Assembly (NCBI GenBank): GCA_002269645.1
Contig: NIVC01003571.1
Span: 26,636 to 90,635, forward strand
DNA: 64,000 nt
Direction: 5' to 3'
Source: Macrostomum lignano
Lineage: Eukaryota
Position numbers and translations under genes: made by a program. The notes under the pieces are model-generated. The model was not told where the DNA came from. It searched no databases and was given only the letters and a program-made list of their open reading frames with translations. This document shows, piece by piece, positions 48,101-58,404 of the stretch (its first letter is position 1; the number at the start of each line of letters is the position of its first letter).

Positions 48101-51100
48101 CACGCAGTCCTAGGCGAGCGCCGGGCCGCCATCGACTACGCTCGCGACGCCATATGGCTGCTGCGATCGCTGGTGCCTCTGATTGGCCGAGAGGAGAATG
48201 ATCAGTTCAACGAGCCGCAGCCTGGACTCGACGTCAGCCAGCTGGCAGCTCAGCTCTGGCAGCCGCTGCTAGACCAGATTAGCTTCCACGGCCGCCTGCC
48301 GTCTCCGATGCGATTGGCTTGGCGGCGCAGTCTGTCTGCTCCTCTGCTGCCTACGGCTGTTCGCGAATCAGAGGAGACTCAGCAGTTTGCCTGGCTGGTT
48401 GGGGACGATTGCAGCGAGTCGCTTAATCTGCGTCTGGACTCTGAAGGCTACCTGACTGGCGATGTGCAACTGCTGGCCCCCAGGGTGCCCAGGATTCGTC
48501 TGGAACCCCTGACTGGCCGACTGTTGTTGAAGGGCTACGGCGGCGGCGGTGGCGGCAGCAGCGATTCGCCATGCTGGTTGGAGCCACCGGTGGGCGCTGA
48601 TTGCAGCAAGGTAATGAGCTGGACTGAACAGTGTCACCCTAGGACAGGACTAGCTGGTGATTCTGGTTGCTGTGGGACAGGACTAGCTGTTTCTTCTGGT
48701 TGCTATGGCACAGGACAGGCTAGAGATTCTGGTTGCTATGCCACAGGACAGGCTAGAGATTCTGGTTTCTATCGGATATGAGTGGCTGGTGGTTCTGGTT
48801 GCTATGGAACTGGACGGGCTAATGATTCTTGTTGTTATGGTATATGACAGGCTCATGATTTTGGTTGCTATGGTAAATAACAGGCTGGTGATTCTGGTTG
48901 CTATTAGATATGCCAGGCTTGTGATTTGGTTGCTATGGCACTGGACAGGCTATGATTGTTGTTGTTATGGTATGACAGGCTCATGATTTTGATTTCTATG
49001 GGATATGCAACCAATAGGCTAGGCTAGAATAGGCTAGAAACTGCAATTAATGCATTACCTTACATAATACCTAGATATATAATCCAATGCGATTTTTCAG
49101 TCAAAACGTCTGGAATCGGACGAGCCCAGGCAGCTGGTGCTGCGGGCGCCCTGCGGTCGCGAATTCACCTACTGCTATTCGGGCTATGCCAGATTAAAGC
49201 ACGGCTGCCGGCTCGATACGCTCTACTCTGTTAGCGACAGCGGCGAGGTCTGGCGCGAGTCGCCTATTAAACTGATTAGGCGTCACCTGTTTAAAGAGAA
49301 TCTTGAATTGCTTCGAAAACGGTCTCCTCGCCTGTTTAAGAGCTCAAAGAAGGCGGCTGAACTATTCTCAGCTAATCCGCACCTGTGGGATGCGGCCGAG
49401 AAAGCTTTGTCCACTCTGTACCATCGGCAGGCTATTTTAACTGCCAGTGAGCTGGTGCTTAAAATTAGAGATTATCACGCTGCACTGCAGCGGCATAAGG
49501 AAGGTTAGTGCAATTCGTTTGTGTTTATGAGCAATTTTGAACACGAATTGCTAGTCTGAATCTCTTATCTGCCTGCATGTCTGTCTCTGAATTTGCCTGT
49601 CTGTGCCTAGAATTTGTCTTTCTATGGGATCGGATGCTTGTCTAAGTGTGCCTGTCCAGCTGTGTGCCTGTCTAGCTGTGTGCCTGTCTAGCTGTGTGCC
49701 TGTCTAGCTGTGTGCCTGTCTAGCTGTGTGCCTGTCTAGCTGTGTGCCTGTCCAGCTGTGTGCCTGTCTAGCTGTGTGCCTGTCTAGCTGTGTGCCTGTC
49801 CAGCTGTGTGTCTGTCTAGCTGTGTGCCTGTCCATGCAGCTTTGTGTCTGTCTAGCTGTGTGTCTGTCTAGCTGTGTGCCTGTCCAGTTGTGTGTCTGTC
49901 CAGCTGTGTGTCTGTCTAGCTGTGTGTCTGTCTAACTGTGTGCCTGTCTAGCTGTGTGTCTGTTCAGTGTTCAGCTGTGTCTGTCTAACTGTGTGCCTGT
50001 CTAGCTGTGTGTCTGTTCAGTGTTCAGCTGTGTCTGTCTAGCTGTGTCCGTCTAGTTGTGTCTATCTAGCTGTTTGTCTGTCTCGCTGTGTCTGACTACG
50101 TCTGTGTCCACCTATGTCTGTCAACTTTTGTCTGTCTAACTATATTTGTCCACCTGTCTGTCTAGGTGTGCCTTACTCTACAGATATTTCTGTCTATATT
50201 TCTATCAATATGTTTATATGAATTTTGTCTTGCAATGGCCAGGTGCCGAATTGTCAACCACAGGTTTACCTTTGTGCACATACCTGTATCAGAATGTCTA
50301 TCTTGCCTATGCATGTCTTTTTCTCAGTCTTGTTACAAGTTTTATATTGTTATAAATTAGATATTTAGATTATAATTCCCACCTGTTCGCCAGGATCCAA
50401 AGGTCGGCAAGCCGGCGGAGGCCGTCGCCGTCCGCGCCTGGACGATTACGTGTACAGCGGGCAGCAGGAGCTGACAGTTCTGCTAGATGTCAGCACTGTG
50501 CAGAGCGGCTTTATTCTGCACTACCATCACAGCTGTCCATGTGACCGGTCTAAAGCGTATATCAATTCTCAAGTGGATTCAATCCTAGCCACCTGTCACG
50601 TGTACGTCAGGTGCACAGATGAGGATTCAACTGGGTGCAGGCCGCGCCTGTTCGTTGCCAGCTCCGAGCGCGAGCACGTCGCTTTGATGACACCGGAGAA
50701 TCCGACACTATGCAGCGCTTCATGGCATCAGTCTCTCAGTAATTTCTTTGGCGCTTCAATATCCCTTTCGACATCGTTCATGCCCAGAGCTGGCAGGCGC
50801 AGATTCCTTAAATCGGATTTGGCCGTTCGGCATCACGAATCCCAGCGCTGCTTTGTGACAGCTTGCAGCTCTGACGGCCTTCGCCTGTTCTCCAGCCCCT
50901 ACCTTGGCGAGGATGCCGTTGTAAAACGGCAGGCTGAAATTTTGTCTAGGCGCCAAGCTTTAGATGAGGCTTGGAGCATCGGCTGCTGGGCGCTGTTTGG
51001 CCACGCTATTGTAGGCAACGCATTGTTCTCCGTTGAAGGCTTGGATCTGTTGCGTACGCCGGATATTACCAGACTGGTTCGCTGCACCTGGTCGCCTGAG

Positions 51101-52622
51101 AGTGGACACGAAGATGGCAGCGACGAGGACACGAAGACAGACGTCGCTAAAGTGGACGCAGCGGCGGCTTCAGAAGATGAAATTCCTACTAGCAATAATC
51201 TAGCTTATTCTCGCATCATTCTGGGCATCCAGTGGCTGACTGACTGCGGTCGCCTTCTGGCTGTGTTCTTGCCGGATCGGCTGGCTCTGCTGAATCCCGA
51301 CACATTCGATGCCGTGCCCATAGCTGACGACTGTCGAAATTTTGTTGAACTGTGCGGCAACCAGGCTGTTGGAGATGATCTCTATGGATTTCGAGTGCCT
51401 TCGGTGCGTGGGCGTCGGCTGTCTTAGTTTTGTTTAGCTTGAGTAGTCTGGAGCTGAGTGACCTCGAGCTAGAGTAGTCTTTATTTGTAGCAATTACCTT
51501 AAGATAGAATCAGATTAACAATGAATATAACATTTAGATTATTGCAAAGTGTGATTATTAGCTTGTCGCCTATGGAGATTGGCTTGTCACCTATGAATAT
51601 TAGCTTCTCGCCTATAGAAATTAGCTCGTCGCCTATAGAAACATTTAGATTATTGCAAAGTGTGATTATTAGCTTGTCGCCTATGGAGATTGGCTTGTCA
51701 CCTATGAATATTAGCTTCTCGCCTATAGAAATTAGCTCGTCGCCTATAGAAATTAGCTCGTCGCCTATAGAGATTAGCTTGTCGCCTATAGAGATTAGCT
51801 TCTCGCCTATGGAGATTAGCTTGTCGCTTATAGAGATTAGCATATCGCCTATAGAGATTAGCTTCTCGCCTATGGAGATTAGCTTCTCGCCTATGGAGAT
51901 TAGCTTGTCGCCTATAGAGATTAGCTTGTCGCCTATAGAGATTAGCTTGTCGCCTATAGAGATTAACTAGAGGTCTATAGAGCTGTTTTTTCCAGTGCGA
52001 TGTGCTCATTAATAAGTAATTAGTAATCGCACAGCTTATATAAGAAATTCCCCACCCTTGCCATGGCCAGGTGCCAAACGTACACGCACTGAACTGGCAG
52101 GCTGGCCAGACCCTGCAGGCCCAGAGTGAGATTCGCTGCTACCGCACCCTGGAGGAGCAGCCATTAGCCAATGGCAGCGGATTCCGCACCGTCCTGTCAG
52201 TTCAAGGCAACGTATACGTGTTAGATACGCCTGCTAACGATGAGGCAGGTCATCGAGTTCGAGTTGTCTGCGCTGCCGCTGTCCCCGGCCAGGCGCGCGA
52301 AGCCAGATGCGTGCCGAATGTCGGCTTGCTAGTGTGCGCCGCTCCCCTAGCCCAGGTGTTCGGCAATGCCGACGCCGAATCGGACGCCGCATCGGATGAG
52401 CAGCCGCTCCGCCAGGAGGTGCTGTACCTGTTTAATTGGTCCGGCCAGCTGCTCAGCTTCCTGCCTGGCCTTGGCGCCGGTCCGCACAGTTTCTATTGCG
52501 AGCCGGACTCGCTTCCTGGTCGGGTGTACTTTAGAGACGGCTACGGAGCCGTTTGCTGCGCTGAGCTGGCCGAGTCAGAGCAGCGCCGGCTGGCCGACCG
52601 GGCCGGTGCTTTGGCTTCCTAG
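45169..52622 (+). CDS. Uncharacterised 6-exon protein, about 1432 aa (acidic N-terminus, BC-box/SOCS-like motif, helical TPR-like region)
   Basis: Exons 45169-46398, 46771-47280, 48017-48610, 49101-49503, 50394-51403 and 52071-52622. All introns are GT-AG and all phases are compatible. The total of 4299 nt equals 1433 codons including the stop. Confidence 0.8.
46515..46630. repeat. 22-bp minisatellite, intron 1
   Basis: Unit tagtagctaatggaagacaggt, about 5 copies. Confidence 0.85.
47404..47959. repeat. 39-bp minisatellite, intron 2 (about 14 copies)
   Basis: Unit caat(g/a)gctttagataggaaactagccagggtgggtcac(a/g). Confidence 0.95.
48640..49000. repeat. Degenerate minisatellite of about 33 bp, intron 3
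   Basis: caggacaggctagagattctggttgctatg-like units. Confidence 0.7.
49650..50060. repeat. 16-bp minisatellite, intron 4
   Basis: Unit ctgtc(t/c)agctgtgtgc. Confidence 0.9.
51530..51965. repeat. 21-bp minisatellite, intron 5
   Basis: Unit gcctat(a/g)gagattagctt(g/c)tc, with an internal duplication of about 111 bp. Confidence 0.9.
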
Positions 52623-53179
52623 TAGTATCGCGTGACTAAATTGTGCCTAGAGAAGGCCTAGGCCTAGAGGAGACTAATCCTTCTAACAGATAAATCGCCG
52701 CGAAATTCTCGTTGTGGCGCTTTACATACAGTATAAATAGCAAAATAGCCAAATATTACACATATGAAATTTATATAATGAGCTCTCATAGACTTTCTAC
52801 TAATTGTAGAAATATAAGAAAAATGCTTAAAATGTATTCAATACTCTACTATTAGTAAAAACACTGGTTTTTTACCTTAGTCAAGACACAGCAAGCGTAC
52901 ATTACGCTCGTACTTCGTTGTTGCGCTCCGGGTATTATGTCGATTTAATTTAATATAATCTCTATCTTTGATAGGCTACATGCATGCTGTTAAAGGCTTA
53001 TAATTGATTAACTTGGCGGGCTACGGTAGACCCCCAGTCTGTAGCCCGTCTACCCTAGCTCCACTTGCCCCATAGCATATTGCACTGGAGTGACAGCTCC
53101 TACCGACATTGCTCTATTGCTTAATGCCCACCTAACACAAGTGACCCTAATTATTTCTCAGCCAGTCAGGCCGATCGGC

Positions 53180-53830
53180 ATGCGAGTGCTAAATGAGAAA
53201 ACACTGCAGCGGCTCTGTCAGCGCCGTCGATGCAGTCGCGAAGGCTACCTACGGATGCGGCGAGTGACAGCCAGCGGCGGCGGCAGCGAGAAGCGGTACT
53301 ATTTCAAACTGTGCGGCAACTTTCTCTACTACCTGGATAAGCCGCAGGATGATCAGCCGGTTGGCGCCCTGCTGCTAGCCGGACACATGGTTGAACCGTC
53401 GGACAGTCGGGACCAGGCTGCCACATTCTGCCTGTCCTATCAGGACGCTCCAACCGTTTATCATCTGACCGCCTCGTCTGCCACCGAGGCCGCCCTGTGG
53501 ATGCATTCTATCATCGGAGCCGCGCACGAATGCGCACTGTCTATGGCTGATACCCTGCGAGACCAGCTGCGAGCTATCACTCTAACATCCGATTGTCAGA
53601 ATCAGCCTGCTACTAATAGTAGTTTACTAATGACGGTTGGCGCAGGGGGCGATGTAGCCAGCGGCAGAGTGAACAGTAATATCGCATCTATGATGTCAAC
53701 GGTCAGTCTGGCAACTAGGCAATCGGAAACTTCTGCATTTTGGTTGAAAGAATTCTCTGCGGTGCTGGACCAGCGATTGGAGACTGTCTATCAGCTAATG
53801 CTGGCGTCCTGCGATTCGCGCAGCGGCTAA
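53180..53830 (+). CDS. PH-domain protein, PLEKHJ1/PHETA (Sesquipedalian)-like, 216 aa
   Basis: MRVLNEKTLQRL..EGYL..FKLCGNFLYY..PVGALLL..YHLTASS..WM resembles, from memory, the PLEKHJ1 motifs MRYNEKELQAL and NFLFYF..PVGALLL. Confidence 0.75.
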   Translation: MRVLNEKTLQRLCQRRRCSREGYLRMRRVTASGGGSEKRYYFKLCGNFLYYLDKPQDDQPVGALLLAGHMVEPSDSRDQAATFCLSYQDAPTVYHLTASSATEAALWMHSIIGAAHECALSMADTLRDQLRAITLTSDCQNQPATNSSLLMTVGAGGDVASGRVNSNIASMMSTVSLATRQSETSAFWLKEFSAVLDQRLETVYQLMLASCDSRSG

Positions 53831-54696
53831 GGGGAGAGAAATCGAACCCAGGACCTCCAGTAATATTTGTGTTCTATCTCCGTTCTGATGTTCGCAGTAT
53901 TATTAAAATTTGGTTGTCGTTACTAATGGAATGGAATTTATGATTTTCACAGCTTATATCCAATAATCTCAATATAACTGGTTTTATTCTGTTAGTTATA
54001 GATTATTTTTGCCGCCTAATATAAATGTTTTTCAATGCGATCCGCGGAATTTACTGCTATTGTTAGTAGCATATATATACTCGAGTAGCTTTCAATTCGC
54101 CTGACTTGTATTGAGTTTTATTAAAGCTATCGGGATCCAAACTTTATAATATAAAAAACAGAGTCTCTTAATCTTCGTCTGCACCATTTTTAAACTCTTC
54201 AAGCAAGCATCTGCCAGCTGCGGCTACTTATATACTGTAATTTGGTATAAGTTGGTCTTGTATTATGAGGCATCTTCTTTTCGGTCTTTGTATGTCAATA
54301 TATTACGTATAATCATATGATCATATACCTATTTTATGTTGATAAATAAAGTCTAACTATTATATAATGTGATTATTGACTACCGATATGTAGCGTAAAT
54401 TGTTTAAGTAATTTAATCCTTTAGTAATTAGTGTCTTAAGAGTGCTGCCTTGACTAGATAGACTATCAGGATATAGTACGAAGTAGTTTTCCCGAATAGC
54501 TCCACTACCGACATGTAGCGTAAATTGCTTTTTAGAGTTCAGGAGGAGTTCTCAAAGAGAGATTTAGAAGAATTGACGGGTGGTAGAGTCTTACCCAGAC
54601 TAGATCAGCTACCGATATGTAGCGTAGATTACTTTTTAACGTTCAGTTCAGGCACAGGCCCAGCTACTATGCTCGTTAACTCCCCCCCGCCTATAG

Positions 54697-57600
54697 GCTG
54701 CCAAGGCACAGCAACTGGGCAAAAACGGCAGCCAAAACGGCGGCGGCGGCGGCGGCGGCGCCGACAGCGGCCTGTGCAGCGAGCCGAGCAGTAGCAGCGG
54801 CGAGTTCGCGGCCGAGCTTGCGGCCGTCCGCAGCTGGCGCAACGGTGCCGGCTACCAGTCTGACGATGATGAGCTGGACTCGCGCACCCCGGACGAAGCC
54901 GAGAGCGCGGCGGACTGGCTCGAACAGACCGGCTCACCGCTGCTGGCCGACATCGCTCGCCGACTATTGCAATCGTCGCCAATGTCAACGTCGACCGAGT
55001 CAGCGTCGACGGCATCGTCAAACGCCATCGGCGATCATCAAGCTGGGGCCGATTTAAGCGCCGCAGATTCGGCACTAGACGCGCACTATCAAAGAATGAG
55101 CAGGAAGCAGCTCAATGCCGTGATGAAGCGGATCGCTACTTTGAAAGCTAAACGAGGCCTGGCCTCTAGGCAGGATGTTAGACAGCTGTTCAGCGAGGCT
55201 GGGGTCGCCGGGACAGCAGCGGCAACTTCGGGCGTTGCCGACGCGGACACCGGATCGGAGGACACCGGCGACTCGGAGGACGATCTGCTGCAAGTGACGG
55301 GACGAACTGCAGCGCCTGTTGCCGGGGCAACGCCACTACACGCAGATCAGGTAATTATCATACAGACCGTGTCGCTGTCTGTCACACCTGGCCGCCTTGC
55401 CAGAGGATCAGGGGCTTATTTTATTGTCATCTTTTATTAATTTCAATTTGACAAGTTACAATTGATCGGCCTTCAAAAATTGTTTTAATTCCACACGGAC
55501 CACACGCTACTACTCGTATCACTGTTTTTCTCTGTCCTCTCCTTCACAGGCTCCATCTGTAAGCAGCAGCGGTGCTACACCTGTTGCCACGTCGGGCCTT
55601 GAGCAATACCCGACCTTCGTACTGCCCAACAACCGCCTGGGCAATGCCAGCATATTCGATTTCAGCGAGCCAGATAGGCAGCAGATTCGAGCTCTGGCCC
55701 ACCTGGAGCTGGCCGCCCTGTTCGATAAATACGACTGCGATCCGGCGTTTAGGAAGCCGTCGTCACGCGGCCGGTCGGCCTCGCGGCGCTCTGTTGTTGC
55801 CAGCTGTTTCGGCGTGCCGCTTGACCAGCTGGTTGCTAAGGAGAGCGGCAGCTCCAGTAGCGACGGGGTGCCTCAGCTGGTCCGCTGGATTGTCGGTCAG
55901 CTTGAACGGCCGGAAGCGCTGCGCACCGAAGGCCTGTTCCGCGTCCCCGGCTCGCTGCAGAGAATCCGCCAGGCCAGGGAGCGGGCCGAGTCAGCCGGCA
56001 TCAAGGCGCTGATGGCCGACACCGAGCAGCAGCATCAGCGTCTGACCGCTGACTGGCACGACCTAGCCGGCCTGTTGAAGGTCTTCCTGCGTGAGCTGCC
56101 CGAGCCGCTGACGTTCAACAGCCTATGCGGATTTCTATTTAAAACTGCGCTGTATTCAGCACGATATGGACAGATTGTTAGGCCTTAATCTGCTTGTGCT
56201 GCTGTTGCCAACGCCTAATTGTAGCACGCTGCGCCTGATGGTCGACTTGTTTGCTAAGGTGCGCGTCTGTCTCATGAAAATGATTTGCGCATTTCTTGAT
56301 TGTTTTTTTTTCAACCCTAAGTCTTAGTGTAGAGTTTTTTTTCCACATATCGTGATTTGAAATTGGGTCTCTATATTCAACCACCCCAAGTTTTCTTTGC
56401 CTGTTTTCTCTCCCTTACCCCCTGCCCCAGCTATTCTGTCCCTTACCCCCTGCCCCAGCTATTCTCTCCCTTACCCCCTGCCCCAGCTATTCTCTCCCTT
56501 ACCCCCTGCCCCAGCTTTTCTCTCCCTTACCCCCTGCCCCAGCTATTCTCTCCCTTACCCCCTGCCCCAGCTATTCTCTTCCTTACCCCCTGCCCCAGCT
56601 ATTCTCTCCCTTACCCCCTGCCCCAGCTATTCTCTCCCTTACCCCCTGCCCCAGCTATTCTCTCCCTACTCCCTGCCCCAGCTATTCTCTATCTTACCCG
56701 CTCCTTCCCTAGCCCATCGGCGCGAAGTCCTGTGTAAGTTGAGCTTCAGTTTAATCAGTATGATATTCGATCTCCCACACACAATTCACCCTCTGTCAGG
56801 TAATCGAGCAGCACAAGCACAATCGAATGAATCTGAAAGCCATAGCAACCGTCATGGCGCCAAATTTATTCGCCATTCAATCTTCGAAGAAAGCGCAACG
56901 AGAAGGCGCCAATCTGTTGGCTGAGACTGGCAATCTAATCGGATTAGTTGAGATGCTCATTAAATATCGCACCATAGTGTGGAGCGTGCCAGAGTTTCTA
57001 ATTAAACAGTTGCGCGAGCCGCCTAATAAATTAAGCCAGCTTGCCAGCACCAGCGGCAGCGGCGGCGCCAGCAGCGCCAAGAAGGCGGCCAAACTGTTGC
57101 GCAAGCAGGCAGCCGCTGCTGCAGCAAAAACGCCCGTATCCTCTTTGGCAGCTGCAGTTGTTGACAGTCCGGTGTTTAACAGCTCAACTTCTGCGACATC
57201 GATCCAAAACCAGCAGGTGAGTTGTCGCATGTTGTCCCATCCGATACTTCAGCTGTCCCTTCCGATACTTCAGCTGTCCCTTCCGATACTTCAGCTGTCC
57301 CATCCGATACTTCAGTTGTCCCATCCGATACTTCAGCTGTCCCTTCCGATACTTCAGCTGTCCCTTCCGATACTTCAGCTGTCCCATCCGATACTTCAGT
57401 TGTCCCATCCGATACTTCAGCTGTCCCTTCCGATACTTCAGCTGTCCCATCCGATACTTCAGCTGTCCCATCCGATACTTCAGCTGTCCCTTCCGATACT
57501 TCAGCTGTCCCATCCGATACTTCAGCTGTCCCATCCGATACTTCAGCTGTCCCTTCCGATACTTCAGCTGTCCCATCCGATACTTCAGCTGTCCCATCCG

Positions 57601-58404
57601 ATACTTCAGCTGTCCCATCCGATACTTCAGCTGTCCCATCCGATACTTCAGCTGTCCCATCCGATACTCCAGCTGTCCCTTCCGATACTTCAGCTGTCCC
57701 ATCCGATACTTCAGCTGTCCCATCCGATACTTCAGCTGTCCCTTCCGATACTTCAGCTGTCCCATCCGATACTCCAGCTGTCCCTTCCGATACTTCAGCT
57801 GTCCCATCCAATACTCCAGCTGTCCCTTCCGATACTTCAGCTGTCCCATCCGATACTTCAGCTGTCCATCCGATACTTCAGCTGTCTCATCCGATACTTC
57901 AGCTGCCCCATCCAATACATCAGCTGTCTTATCTGATCCTAATTCAGTAATCTAATCCCCTGTTTTTAGTGACCCCTTTTAGATCTATAAATAGATCTAA
58001 ACTTATCTGTTCATCAGATCCTTCAACAGCCCGTCAGATTTTAGTAGCCTCTCAGATCCTTCAGTAGCCTCCCAAATTCACTAACAGCCTTTAGTAAAAG
58101 TAGGCCGCTTGCCCACTCCTGCACACTTCGGCGCTAATCAAGCAACTTCCCATACCTGACCACTTCACCCCCTCTCACCAAGGTAAGCATCAGTGTTCAC
58201 CAGGCCAGCACCAACCGCAGCCAGCTGGTTCCAATCTCGCCGTCCACCACCGCTGCCGAAGTTCTTCACGGGCTGGGCTGCGACCCCTCCACCACCTCCC
58301 TGTACGAGGTTGGCGGCAACATCAATGAGCGCCGGCTGCCCGGTAACACACAGATTTATTACCTGCTCAAGATTAATCCCACCTGCTCTTGGGCTGTTAA
58401 GTGA
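54697..58404 (+). CDS. RhoGAP of the ARHGAP18/28/40 (Conundrum) family; first exon not identified; one apparent +1 frameshift
   Basis: Exons 54697-55350, 55550-56258, 56800-57216 and 58183-58404. Motifs TPDE..DWL..TG, FGVPL, EGLFRVPG, LLKVFLRELPEP, MNLKAIATVMAPNLF and LYEVGGNINER. Confidence 0.8.
56400..56695. repeat. 28-bp minisatellite in a RhoGAP intron (about 10 copies)
   Basis: Unit ccctgccccagctattctctcccttacc. Confidence 0.9.
57232..57920. repeat. 21-bp minisatellite in a RhoGAP intron (about 32 copies)
   Basis: Unit ctgtccc(a/t)tccgatacttcag. Confidence 0.95.

Noticed and set aside
53835-53870. tRNA B-box-like fragment (gggttcgattt on the minus strand)
   Set aside because: No cloverleaf or A box, and too short to call.
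47374-57950. Repeat ORFs in introns (47374-48084, 47406-47963, 51521-51970, 56357-56924, 57176-57950)
   Set aside because: They lie within GT-AG introns of well-supported genes and simply translate minisatellites.
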